A DNA stretch of 47,759 bases. It comes from an uncultured Lachnospiraceae bacterium. GTDB lineage: Bacteria; Bacillota; Clostridia; Lachnospirales; Lachnospiraceae. Where the stretch lies: assembly GCA_946612125.1 (NCBI GenBank), contig CAMOEK010000001.1, positions 1 through 47,759 of the forward strand. Reading direction: 5' to 3'. Of the stretch, positions 1 through 9,494 are shown one piece after another. Below the pieces are notes generated by a model, which was not told where the DNA came from, did not search any database, and saw only the letters and a list, made by a program, of their open reading frames with translations. Each line of letters begins with the position of its first letter. The first letter of the stretch is position 1. The translations under genes were made by a program, and so were the position numbers.

Positions 1-3
1 TCA

Positions 4-714
4 TCAGTCCATCCTGTAGCCCATGCCGCGAACGGTCTGTATCACGGGCTCATCGCCTTCCTGCTCAAGTTTTTTTCTAAGCCTTTTAACATATACGGTC
101 AGGGTATTGTCATTAACAAAATCCCCCGCACTGTCCCACATCGAATGCAGTATCTGCTGTCTGGTAAGAAGCTGCCCCCTGTTTCCCGTAAAAGTAAGCA
201 AAAGCCTGTATTCCACAGCGGAAAGAAAGATCTCTTCATCCCCGCGCATCACCTTACCTGTCTTTATATCCAGGATATTCTTTCCTACCTTGATGACATC
301 ATTATCTTCCTTAAGCTCTGCCGCTTCCTTTGATCCGGCTGCGGGCGCACCTCCACTGCTTCTTCTGATCACAGCCTTTATCCTGGCTATCAGTTCCCTT
401 ATCCTGAAAGGCTTTGCGATATAATCGTCTGCCCCCTGTTCAAAAGCCAGCACGGTATGTATCTCATCATCACAGGCTGTAAGAAAAATGACCGGCACCT
501 CCGACTTCTCCCTTATCGCCTTGCATATCTGAAACCCGTCACCATCGGGAAGATTAACGTCAAGGAGGCATGCATCAAAGCATACCTCCTTCTGTATCTC
601 TTTTAAACTGCTCTTCATATCACCGAAAGACTGTACTTCATATCCTTCCTGGGAAAGCGCTATCTTTAATCCCTCCACTATGATCGGATCGTCTTCAACT
701 ATAAGTATCCTCAT
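4..714 (-). CDS. OmpR/PhoB-family two-component response regulator
   Basis: REC domain (ILIVEDD, LLDVNLP, FLTA, KPF) plus winged helix (VYVKRLRKKL...TVRGMGY). The stop overlaps an ATG at 2-4 (TGATG), probably the start of a next gene outside the window. Confidence 0.95.
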   Translation of the reverse strand: MRILIVEDDPIIVEGLKIALSQEGYEVQSFGDMKSSLKEIQKEVCFDACLLDVNLPDGDGFQICKAIREKSEVPVIFLTACDDEIHTVLAFEQGADDYIAKPFRIRELIARIKAVIRRSSGGAPAAGSKEAAELKEDNDVIKVGKNILDIKTGKVMRGDEEIFLSAVEYRLLLTFTGNRGQLLTRQQILHSMWDSAGDFVNDNTLTVYVKRLRKKLEQEGDEPVIQTVRGMGYRMD

Positions 715-3665
715 ACACTCTCCATGCGTATCTGTTCTATGATCTGCGTATTGTCATCTTCTCTGTAGCATATGGCAGTAAAAATATGCAAGCCCGCAAA
801 GCTTATGCCAAGAGTCAGCAGTATCTGCCACAAAGGAAGGCTGAATACCATATGGCCGAACCTCATATCCAGCAGTATACGTAAGCATACCACAAATGCG
901 GCGGTTATTAAAGCCGAATTTATGACCGAATGGATAAGCAGCCTGATATTCTCCAGCATCAGCATCTTTGATCTCTGAGCTCTGCTTATACCCATTGAAT
1001 GAAGGACCGAAAGCTCTTTTTGTCTGGCCAGACGTCTGCCCATCACGGAGTTATACAGATTCATAAGGCAGATGATCGCGATCAGTATCGTAAAGCATAC
1101 TGCAACTATATCCGCTATCTTTGTTACCGCAGTCTTAAAATCCGTGTACTCGCTGATCAGGCCTGCTGTTTCTACTGCGCTGTCCCCATACTCATCTTTT
1201 ATCTGCGAAAGTCTTCTTATCAGCTTTGAATCATCCGTATTTACATCAAAGAGTATGACTTTTGTATCTATCCCATGCGCAGCAATTCCGCTCATCTCAT
1301 CGATCTGAGCTTTTGTGCTTTCGGATACCAGCAACCAGAGTTCAGCTCCTCTTAAAGTATAGAATTCTTTTATATCTTCAGCGGATACGTAACCTGCTAT
1401 CCTCACGGGAACAGTTACATCAATTAAATCCTCATTTTCCTCATCATACTCGTAAGTAAGCAGTTCCGTCATTTCACCGGCTTTCGCATTAAGCGGTCTC
1501 TTTATCTGATACACACTGTAATCAGGCTTTACTGCCCCGTCTGAACCAAAGCGGAAATCATCGGTCGATATCGCTATATCCTCATATATCAGAACATTCA
1601 TCTCATCAGCGTATCCTGAAACATCTATGCCTGCTTTTTTTGCTATACTGTTATAATCCTCCTGAGAAAATGTAATGATATTGACCGCAGGATCCGAAAA
1701 GAGATCGCCGTTGCCCATATGTGATGTTCTGACCCATTCGGGAATGCCGGCAGGGAAAAACTTTTCAAGCGTTGTACTAAGAGCGTTTTTGTATTCATCA
1801 GTGTAAGTATCATAATCAATATGATAAGTATACATGTTTAAGCTCATCTCTCTGTATCCGCTCACTTCATCGGAGGAAGCTATATCTTCTTTACCTTTTT
1901 GATACTGTATATCATCTTCTATACTGAATCGATAAGAGTAGCTGCTGTAAGCTTCTCCGGGCACGAGCTGTTCGCGTTTCGCCTTACTCTCCAGTATATC
2001 GGTGAAGCTTCGTGCAGCAAATGCCGTAATAAGTGTGAGCGCGATGAACGCCGTGATGCTTCTGATTATGCCTCTGGTCGAATGAGTGTTTCTTTCCACG
2101 GATGCATTGGCAAGCAGCCTTTCCGTCTTTCCCTTTAACATAAAGTTCAGATATGTCCTGTATCCTTTCTTTTTAAGCTTTGCTCCGCCTTCATTCCCCC
2201 TTATGCTTTCCACAGGTCCCACTTTGCTGATCCGAAGGGCCGGTATCAATGCGGAAAGCCATACCGTCAATATAGAAAACATTACTATGAATAAAAGATT
2301 TACCGGATTTATTATCAGTTTATATTCGATCCCACTGCTCCTGCCGTTTATCACATTGGACGCTATTGCCGATATGATCTTTGAAAAATGCGGCTTTAAT
2401 AATTCCATCCCGCCTTTGATCACAAAGAGTCCCATAATTATCCCAAGAGGCAGTGCGATCAGCAGCAGGGAGAACACTTCATAATAAACACTCCAGCGCT
2501 TCTGTGACCCGGTAGCTCCTACTGAGGAAAGCATCCCGAGATACCTGCTCCTTTCCTTATAGGACATGCTGAATACATTTACGATCAGCACAAACGAAGC
2601 TGCTGTTATCAGCACTATAAAGAACGCCTGAAAGAATACCATAAGGAAATTAAAGCTTTCATCCTGTCCCTTTGCCGCAAAAGTAAGCAGCATATCGTTG
2701 GATAGTATCTTTCCGTTCTCCATGGGGATACCGATACCGTCTTTACCGACATACGAAATACCTGTTTTCTTGATCTCCGCCCTTTCCTCATCGGTCCTGG
2801 CTGCATCGATGAGCTTAGCAAGCTCCTTATAAACATCCGTTTTTGTATCAGGATCTATGGTAAGCACGAGATTCACTTTTTCATTTTCAGCCACGTCACT
2901 GCCGGTAGATGTAAGCGCTATATACCCGCTCTGTCCCGCTGATTCATAATCGGGCGATTCCATGATACCTACAACCGTAAATGTTCCCTTAAGTCCGGTC
3001 GGTTCATGGATCTCTTCGAAAACATCATTTTCCTCATAGCAGGGAAAAAGCTCGGGTGCTTTTACGGTATCCCCGTGAGTGACCGAAAAGGCCGGCCCGA
3101 ACATCACGCCGCCGGGCTCTTTTCCTTCTTCTTCGATTCCCCTTTTTTCTTCATCAGATAAATATGCGTGGATATATCTTGTAAAGGCATCGACTTCAAT
3201 CCTGTCACCCACTTTGATCGCTGATCCTTCATCTAAAGCTCTCCTGCTTATGATCAGCTCCCTGTCATTTTCCGGATAACGCCCCTCCACGAGCCTAATG
3301 TTCATCCACTTGAATATCTCACCGGAATAGCCTTTCAGCTCAATAAAGGGCGTTTCATCGGGATTTCCGCTCGCTGCGAAAACGCTGTATCCAAGCGACC
3401 TGGAAACTTCTGCCTTATCTATACAGGGTAATGCTTTGATCTTATCGACAATATTTTTATCCACATCATATACCTGCATATGCCAGCTTCCCTGATCTGC
3501 CGCCACGGCATTTTCCATATATTTCATAACGGTATCCTTGCCTATGAACACTGCTGTCATAAGCATCACGGTCACCAGTATCCCCAGAAAGGTTATGGTA
3601 GTCCTTTTTTTGTTTTTCTTCATATATGTCTTTGTTACCTGAAATACTATTTTCTTATTATTCAC
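711..3665 (-). CDS. FtsX/MacB-like ABC transporter permease with two FtsX TM regions and large extracellular domains
   Basis: N-terminal KKNKKRT plus TM helix; FtsX motifs [15 protein letters not shown] and [14 protein letters not shown]. Start moved to GTG 3665 after a GAGGG RBS (ORF track gives 3689). ATGA overlap with the regulator. Confidence 0.9.
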   Translation of the reverse strand: MNNKKIVFQVTKTYMKKNKKRTTITFLGILVTVMLMTAVFIGKDTVMKYMENAVAADQGSWHMQVYDVDKNIVDKIKALPCIDKAEVSRSLGYSVFAASGNPDETPFIELKGYSGEIFKWMNIRLVEGRYPENDRELIISRRALDEGSAIKVGDRIEVDAFTRYIHAYLSDEEKRGIEEEGKEPGGVMFGPAFSVTHGDTVKAPELFPCYEENDVFEEIHEPTGLKGTFTVVGIMESPDYESAGQSGYIALTSTGSDVAENEKVNLVLTIDPDTKTDVYKELAKLIDAARTDEERAEIKKTGISYVGKDGIGIPMENGKILSNDMLLTFAAKGQDESFNFLMVFFQAFFIVLITAASFVLIVNVFSMSYKERSRYLGMLSSVGATGSQKRWSVYYEVFSLLLIALPLGIIMGLFVIKGGMELLKPHFSKIISAIASNVINGRSSGIEYKLIINPVNLLFIVMFSILTVWLSALIPALRISKVGPVESIRGNEGGAKLKKKGYRTYLNFMLKGKTERLLANASVERNTHSTRGIIRSITAFIALTLITAFAARSFTDILESKAKREQLVPGEAYSSYSYRFSIEDDIQYQKGKEDIASSDEVSGYREMSLNMYTYHIDYDTYTDEYKNALSTTLEKFFPAGIPEWVRTSHMGNGDLFSDPAVNIITFSQEDYNSIAKKAGIDVSGYADEMNVLIYEDIAISTDDFRFGSDGAVKPDYSVYQIKRPLNAKAGEMTELLTYEYDEENEDLIDVTVPVRIAGYVSAEDIKEFYTLRGAELWLLVSESTKAQIDEMSGIAAHGIDTKVILFDVNTDDSKLIRRLSQIKDEYGDSAVETAGLISEYTDFKTAVTKIADIVAVCFTILIAIICLMNLYNSVMGRRLARQKELSVLHSMGISRAQRSKMLMLENIRLLIHSVINSALITAAFVVCLRILLDMRFGHMVFSLPLWQILLTLGISFAGLHIFTAICYREDDNTQIIEQIRMESV

Positions 3666-3681
3666 TGTCGTACCCTCTATT

Positions 3682-4371
3682 TCACACAATATTTTTAACT
3701 TTTTCGTTCCTGCTTATCTTTCCGTCCTCTATGCTTATCACCCTGTCAGCCTGCATTGCCAGTCCCTCATCATGTGTTATAAGGATCAGCGTCTGCTTAT
3801 TCACTTTATTTGATTCCTTAAGCAGATCGATTATCTCTTCGCCTGTTTTGCGGTCGAGATTGCCGGTTGGCTCATCTGCCAGAAGTATCGCCGGATGGCT
3901 GTATAATGCCCGTCCTATGGATACGCGCTGCTGCTGTCCGCCGGAAAGCTGATTCGGCAGGTTCTGCCTTCTGTCCGTAAGTCCCAGGTGTTCCACCACC
4001 TGATCCAGCCTTTCCTTATCAAGCGGCCTTCCGTCCAGCAGATGAGGCAGCGCAATATTCTCATCTATGTTAAGTACCGGCATCAGGTTGTAGAACTGAT
4101 ATATCAGGCCGATCTGTCTTCTTCTGAATATGGCCAGCTTATCCTCACTTAAACTGTGTATATCCGTTCCGTCTATGAACACCTTTCCTTCCGTGGGCTT
4201 ATCCACCCCGCCCAGTATATGCAGCAGTGTGGATTTTCCGCTGCCCGAAGGGCCTATTATCGATACAAATTCGCCCTTATCTACCGAAAAGCTCACCTTA
4301 TCCAGAGCTCTTACTTCCGTCTCTCCTTTTCCGTATATCTTTGATACGTTTTCACATCTGAGTATTTCCAT
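3682..4371 (-). CDS. ABC transporter ATP-binding protein (LolD/MacB-like)
   Basis: Walker [17 protein letters not shown] signature, [16 protein letters not shown]; AAGGAG RBS. Confidence 0.97.
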   Translation of the reverse strand: MEILRCENVSKIYGKGETEVRALDKVSFSVDKGEFVSIIGPSGSGKSTLLHILGGVDKPTEGKVFIDGTDIHSLSEDKLAIFRRRQIGLIYQFYNLMPVLNIDENIALPHLLDGRPLDKERLDQVVEHLGLTDRRQNLPNQLSGGQQQRVSIGRALYSHPAILLADEPTGNLDRKTGEEIIDLLKESNKVNKQTLILITHDEGLAMQADRVISIEDGKISRNEKVKNIV

Positions 4372-4432
4372 TTTTCATTATTCTCCTTTATTTGATCATG
4401 TCATCTGACATTTACCACTTTATCACCGTATA

Positions 4433-4472
4433 ATGACAGTCTGATGACTGTTTAGGTGACAATTTAGTCACA
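4433..4472 (-). promoter_or_regulatory. Putative response-regulator binding site (TGTCAY repeats)
   Basis: Minus strand reads TGTGAC-TAAAT-TGTCAC-CTAAAC-AGTCAT-CAGAC-TGTCAT: an inverted pair plus direct repeats 11-12 bp apart, upstream of the ABC operon. Confidence 0.55.
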
Positions 4473-4512
4473 AAAAAAACCGGGATCGGATTATCAATCT
4501 TTCCGTCCCGGT
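4472..4512 (-). terminator. Rho-independent terminator
   Basis: ACCGGGACGGA/TCCG(A)TCCCGGT stem followed by T8 on the minus strand, just downstream of 4530..5549. Confidence 0.8.
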
Positions 4513-4529
4513 CGACTACTCTTTTCCGA

Positions 4530-5549
4530 CTACTGTTCTTCGTATTGTGAGATCACATTATTCTTCAGTCCGTTAAACCTCTTAAAAAACTCCTTTATAA
4601 GCGCATAATCTTCGTCAGTATACTCTTTATACTCCTCTAACCTCACGCTTATAACATCACCCGTATTCAGATCTTTATAATTTATCGTAAAGCTCCAGGA
4701 ACTGTAATCGGTAATGAACAGATCGCTGTCCGGTCTGTTTTGCATGGTATCAAACTCAGCAGACTGTATAAAGAGTTCCAGTCCGGTGATATCTTCTTCA
4801 GTAAGTCCGTAATCAGTGATAACCATAGGCGATGAATGATCTTCACAGTCGCTGCTCTCAATGATCCATTGTCCGCTTGCATCCTTCATCAGTGAATTAT
4901 AATGACTTTCGCCATTCATATCACCGTATCCCGGATGATAGTCTATACTCATCAGCTCTATGCTCAGATCTTCTTCGCTAAGCCCTCCGGCTGCCCCGTC
5001 AAGTTCGTTTCCGGCTTCTCGGGCCAGTTCTTCACAATACTTCTCAAAACCGCTCTCTTCAGCTGCGGAAGCAAATTTATAGACCTGATACTTATCCTTG
5101 TCACCTTTCCAATACAGAAAATACCAGGGCCCTCTATCTCCTGATTCTGCGTTATCCGACCTGGCCTTAACACTGCCGCCCTCTATCAGATCACAGAACT
5201 TTTCCCACCGGTCATCATCAAGCTCCATCGTGCCTTTCGCCGTGGCATCCTCCTCCGTAGCAGGTCCGTAATCATTCTTACGTTCCCTGGTCTCATGGAA
5301 GAAATAATATCTGCCGTTTGAAACATAAAACATATATCTCTGATAGAAGGCATCATAATTGATATTCTCTACCGTATAATAGAATTCACTTATATCATCA
5401 AACGCTATCTGTTTACCGACGATCTTTGCATTTCCGCCAAACAGGCCTCTCCCTGTATTCACTTCGTCGCCCCCTCCTTCGCATCCGCCGATCAAAAGCA
5501 CTGCCAGCACTAACGATAAAAAAACCATCTTCCTGAATAGATTATGCAT
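4530..5549 (-). CDS. Hypothetical lipoprotein
   Basis: Signal peptide with lipobox-like LLIGGC; acidic mature part; AGAGGT RBS. Confidence 0.75.
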   Translation of the reverse strand: MHNLFRKMVFLSLVLAVLLIGGCEGGGDEVNTGRGLFGGNAKIVGKQIAFDDISEFYYTVENINYDAFYQRYMFYVSNGRYYFFHETRERKNDYGPATEEDATAKGTMELDDDRWEKFCDLIEGGSVKARSDNAESGDRGPWYFLYWKGDKDKYQVYKFASAAEESGFEKYCEELAREAGNELDGAAGGLSEEDLSIELMSIDYHPGYGDMNGESHYNSLMKDASGQWIIESSDCEDHSSPMVITDYGLTEEDITGLELFIQSAEFDTMQNRPDSDLFITDYSSWSFTINYKDLNTGDVISVRLEEYKEYTDEDYALIKEFFKRFNGLKNNVISQYEEQ

Positions 5550-5569
5550 AGCTCATCTTACCTCTGCTA

Positions 5570-6538
5570 TCAATATAATACCGGCAGCTTATCTTTGGTT
5601 ATTACATAAGGACTATCATAAACGCGCTTCACCACATCAAAGTTACTGTACTGCTGCGTCAGACAGAATTCCTTTGACCATATCATGAAGGAAGCCCAGC
5701 CAATATGCTCATTATGTATGGCCTCAACATCCGGATACACGCCGGTTTCTCCCAGGAGTATCACTTTAGGCTGTGACGATACCTTTTCCATATTCAGATA
5801 TTCTTCCTTGCGCGATGTATGCTCGTGAGCCGGAGGATAAAGATCCACAGAAACTATATCCACCACATCATCTCCGGGATAAAACTCTCCCTTGCCGGCA
5901 TTCCATACCCAGATCAGGTTTGTAAGATCATGTACGCGGGTAAAACGCTCATACATTATACGCCAGAGCTTCTTTGCAGGCTCCGCCCCTTTAGCTCCCC
6001 ACCAAAACCAGGTCCCATCCATCTCATGAAAAGGTCTCCATAGTATGGGAATGGATTTCTCACAGAAAGGCTTGAGCAGTTCTGCCATATGATCCATATC
6101 CGAAATAAGCGCCTCATATTCGGGCGTTCCCGGCGTTGCCGCAGCTTCCGCATCATAGTCCGTATGCTCAGTGTAAAAAGCCTTGGAACGGCCTCCGATG
6201 GGCGAAAACCAGTGCCAGGTAAAAGTGATCAGACCTTTCTTTTCCGCCCAGTCATAAGCGCACTGCAGCGTATCACGGTTTTCAATAACCTCTGTCATGC
6301 AGGGTTCGTCCGTATCTTTTTCGTTTATATTGGGTGAATAGGAAAGAAGCTCAAATCCCAGCAGCGCGGGTTCCTTACCTGTTAGCTCCCTTATCTTCTG
6401 CAATTCTTCCATAGGGATAGTCTGGGTATGCTGACCTGCAACAATACTGTCGCCTGCGATATCCGCAAGATATTTCATCACGCTCTTTACGCACTCCTGC
6501 GCCTTGGGATTGCTGGGTATTATATATCTGTCTTTCAT
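5570..6538 (-). CDS. Glycoside hydrolase family 26 (beta-mannanase-like), no signal peptide
   Basis: GH26 motifs TFTWHW, LWRPFHEMDGTWFWWG (acid/base Glu), NLIWVW, YPGDDVVDIVSVDLY, LGETG (nucleophile). Confidence 0.92.
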   Translation of the reverse strand: MKDRYIIPSNPKAQECVKSVMKYLADIAGDSIVAGQHTQTIPMEELQKIRELTGKEPALLGFELLSYSPNINEKDTDEPCMTEVIENRDTLQCAYDWAEKKGLITFTWHWFSPIGGRSKAFYTEHTDYDAEAAATPGTPEYEALISDMDHMAELLKPFCEKSIPILWRPFHEMDGTWFWWGAKGAEPAKKLWRIMYERFTRVHDLTNLIWVWNAGKGEFYPGDDVVDIVSVDLYPPAHEHTSRKEEYLNMEKVSSQPKVILLGETGVYPDVEAIHNEHIGWASFMIWSKEFCLTQQYSNFDVVKRVYDSPYVITKDKLPVLY

Positions 6539-6569
6539 TTGCTTTATGCCCCTTTCTTGAGTATATAGC

Positions 6570-8660
6570 TTACTGTATCCGTATGTTGGTTATGACACAT
6601 TGATCTCCTGAAAGCGCTATATAAAGATTTTTATTGATATTATTGATCAATGCTGTGTTCCGTATCTCTATACCTGCATTTTCAGTGCTTATGATAACGC
6701 GGTTTCCTGATATCTTAAAGCTAACGCTTACATCATAACCTTTCTTATTGATCTCTATCCATTCTTTCCATCCCTGAAATGCTTCTGTTTTGACAACGGA
6801 AGGCTCTGCCCTGCAGTCAGGATCACTTTCCCAGAATTCCCCGTCAAGCCTCATAAACGCCAGTTCCCTGTAACTGCCGCTATTAACTTGGCCGTCATCA
6901 GCATAAAACAGATCAATCAAGGGACAATGCCATACCAGCCTCGCCGTGGGCAGGCTCATGGTATGAAAGCTTAACCGCAATCCGTCTTTTAAGGCTATAC
7001 CCCGGCTGAACGCAGTGCGGTCACCGTCCACCTGAATATTGGGTATGTCACCGTCCGGTACATTTATATAACTTATCTCCTCGGCTATCCTGGGGATATA
7101 GTCCAAAGGGCATTCTTTTACATCCCTGTCGACTGTCATATCACTGATATGACAATGCGAGCCTGTCAGCGCTATATACATGAACCTGGTACTGTCAGGA
7201 AGAGCGATCGTAAACTCCCTGATATCTTCACTGCTCATCAGCCTGATCAGCGCATGATCTTTGATCCTTACCGCTTCTATCCTGTATTCATTCTTATTTT
7301 TGATACCCGCTGCAGCGCCGTTTTTGACTTCTGCATTTATCTTTCTGGCAGCCCCCTGCTCAACGCGCCCGTCAAGCCGGATCTCACCATATTCCAGATA
7401 AAGCAGTTCCTGTTTCTTTGACTCAGACGTCTGTACACTGCCATTCAACGAATCAAAGAGGATCATGGAAGCATTTTTACCGATACTGCCATCGCCCTTA
7501 TCCGAGTTCAGTTTAAAACTGACCCTGGTCATCATGGCATTCAGATATATCCCATCCGAAAAACTGCTCCTGTATTCTTCTACACACAACTCTTCAGCGC
7601 CGTCATATCCCCTTTGCTCTTCCCACTCCTTCATCTCGTATTCGGTGTCTATATCGATCAGGCGGATCATAAGTCTGCCATACTCGGGATCAAACTGTGT
7701 GCCCAGGCCTTTGACTATTTCCTCACGTACCTTCTGCTGCGGCAGCGGATCACGGTAGCTTCTCTTTGAAGTCATGGCATCATAAGCATCTGCAACAGAT
7801 ATGATCCTGGCCATTTCAGGGATCTCATCCCCCTTAAGGCCTTCCGGATAGCCCTTGCCGTCATATCTCTCATGATGGTAATTGGCGCCTATCTTTAAAA
7901 AAGGATATTCCTTGATCGTTTCAAGAACCTGAGCCCCCAGCGCTGGATGCTGCTTAATATATTCATACTCGTCTTCACTGAGCTTGCCGCCTTTATTGAT
8001 TATACTGACGGGTATGCCTATCTTTCCTACATCATGCAGCAAAGCCGCATAGTATATATCGTCACACTCTTTGTCACTTTTGCCTTTTACCTGCGCCAGC
8101 TTTTTTGAATAATTGGCCACACGCGCAGAATGGCCATGCGTATACTTATCCTTTGCATCTATCGCGTTGACCAGCGCTGTAGCAGTCTGCTCAAACAGAT
8201 TTCTCAAACGGTGCTGTTCATTTTCTATCCTGTTCTGGCCAAGATATATTATGATTATGCTTACGATCGTGACAAAATTCATGATCAGACCGGGCATGCT
8301 GGCCAGATTATGCATAGCTATAATGGCTAATATCTGCTTGGGAAATTGTACAGCCGCGAGCAAAACGGCCACATATGCGCCAACCTTACGGTAAAGCACG
8401 ACCATAAGGATAAGACATAGATTGGCAAAAGCCGACAAAACACCCGAAAAAGCTGAAAGAGGGATCGCCGTGGCTCCTAACATAATAATGCCGTCGGCGC
8501 GCGAGGCATACGGAACCATAGTCGCAAATACTTCATAGATCAGAACAGGAATGATTATCGTGATCCTGGGGACGCCATTACGATCGGTAATGAATTTCCA
8601 GAATCGTTTTAACTTGCTTTCTTCCTTTATATTGCGTTTTAAGAAATGATCTCTGTGCAA
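6570..8660 (-). CDS. Membrane-bound HD-GYP c-di-GMP phosphodiesterase with duplicated C-terminal beta domain
   Basis: About 4 N-terminal TM helices; HSARVA, LLHDVGK, QHP, HHERYDGKGYP, VADAYDAMTSKRSYR. Start placed at TTG 8660 after AAGGAG, because the ORF-track GTG at 8699 lies inside the predicted promoter. Confidence 0.9.
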   Translation of the reverse strand: MHRDHFLKRNIKEESKLKRFWKFITDRNGVPRITIIIPVLIYEVFATMVPYASRADGIIMLGATAIPLSAFSGVLSAFANLCLILMVVLYRKVGAYVAVLLAAVQFPKQILAIIAMHNLASMPGLIMNFVTIVSIIIIYLGQNRIENEQHRLRNLFEQTATALVNAIDAKDKYTHGHSARVANYSKKLAQVKGKSDKECDDIYYAALLHDVGKIGIPVSIINKGGKLSEDEYEYIKQHPALGAQVLETIKEYPFLKIGANYHHERYDGKGYPEGLKGDEIPEMARIISVADAYDAMTSKRSYRDPLPQQKVREEIVKGLGTQFDPEYGRLMIRLIDIDTEYEMKEWEEQRGYDGAEELCVEEYRSSFSDGIYLNAMMTRVSFKLNSDKGDGSIGKNASMILFDSLNGSVQTSESKKQELLYLEYGEIRLDGRVEQGAARKINAEVKNGAAAGIKNKNEYRIEAVRIKDHALIRLMSSEDIREFTIALPDSTRFMYIALTGSHCHISDMTVDRDVKECPLDYIPRIAEEISYINVPDGDIPNIQVDGDRTAFSRGIALKDGLRLSFHTMSLPTARLVWHCPLIDLFYADDGQVNSGSYRELAFMRLDGEFWESDPDCRAEPSVVKTEAFQGWKEWIEINKKGYDVSVSFKISGNRVIISTENAGIEIRNTALINNINKNLYIALSGDQCVITNIRIQ

Positions 8661-8689
8661 TACAGGAACTCTCCTTTTCATTTTATTTG

Positions 8690-8718
8690 ATGCTATCACA
8701 GATAATGCTATTATTCAA
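8690..8718 (-). promoter_or_regulatory. Putative sigma-A promoter of the HD-GYP/GH26/lipoprotein unit
   Basis: TTGAAT-17 bp-TAGCAT with TG extension. Confidence 0.5.
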
Positions 8719-8739
8719 CAAAACTCTTGATATATCACA

Positions 8740-9411
8740 TCATTTAAGACTTTTCAGATAATTCTTGTGTTCTTCTGTCACCCGGTAGCTCTCAACAGCT
8801 TTCTGTATGGCCTTGCGATGAACCCAGGGGTCCAGTTTGTGCTTTTCAATATAGATAATGGCGGCATCATATTGTTTGGCCAGAGCCGTGGCAAAATACC
8901 AGGCTATCATCATCTTAAGATAATAATCATCGCCCTGCTTGTCAGCCACAAGCTTCAGATACTCCTTCTTAAAGTCCGCATCCAGGAATTCGTTCATCAG
9001 CATGCGCATGCCAAAGCGCGCGGTATATACATGCTCGGATCCTATCCATTTTTTGATGAACGGAAGCAGCTTATCATGATTCTTTTTATAAACCTTTGGG
9101 CTTGATTGATCGCAGACCGGCCAGCAGTCGATATACGGAAGGAACTCTTCCACCGCTGCCGTGCATTCATCGAAATCTTTTATCATCGCTATCATGAAGA
9201 AATGCACCATGTTTTCTTCATAATACTTATGAGGCAGTTTTTTAAGAAAAGCATTGCCTTCTTTCGTCCCGAAGTACTGCTTTGCTATCTGCTTCATCTG
9301 CGGCGTACGCACGCCTATTATCGTTGCAGGATCGATATTAGGCACAAGTTTGCTCTGAAACTCCTTAAAATCCTTATCTTCCTGCGCTTTAAGACTGTTT
9401 AAAACCGTCAT
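8740..9411 (-). CDS. DNA alkylation repair protein (AlkD-like)
   Basis: GVRTP, LPHKYYEE, IDCWPVCD, YYLKMMIAWYFATAL, KAIQKAVES family motifs. Confidence 0.88.
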   Translation of the reverse strand: MTVLNSLKAQEDKDFKEFQSKLVPNIDPATIIGVRTPQMKQIAKQYFGTKEGNAFLKKLPHKYYEENMVHFFMIAMIKDFDECTAAVEEFLPYIDCWPVCDQSSPKVYKKNHDKLLPFIKKWIGSEHVYTARFGMRMLMNEFLDADFKKEYLKLVADKQGDDYYLKMMIAWYFATALAKQYDAAIIYIEKHKLDPWVHRKAIQKAVESYRVTEEHKNYLKSLK

Positions 9412-9444
9412 GTTCCCCCCGGATCACACACCCCTTATAAAGAA

Positions 9445-9467
9445 CACAGGGGGCTAGCCCCCCTGTG
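9445..9467. terminator. GC-rich hairpin, possible terminator
   Basis: CACAGGGGG-ctagc-CCCCCTGTG, followed by TTCTTT on the minus strand downstream of the REC-GGDEF gene. Confidence 0.6.
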
Positions 9468-9494
9468 CCATCTTTGACATGCTATATGTTCAGA

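Noticed and set aside
4513-4534. CGACTACT direct repeat at the lipoprotein stop
   Set aside because: 8 bp with two copies; no transposon ends or other support for a target-site duplication
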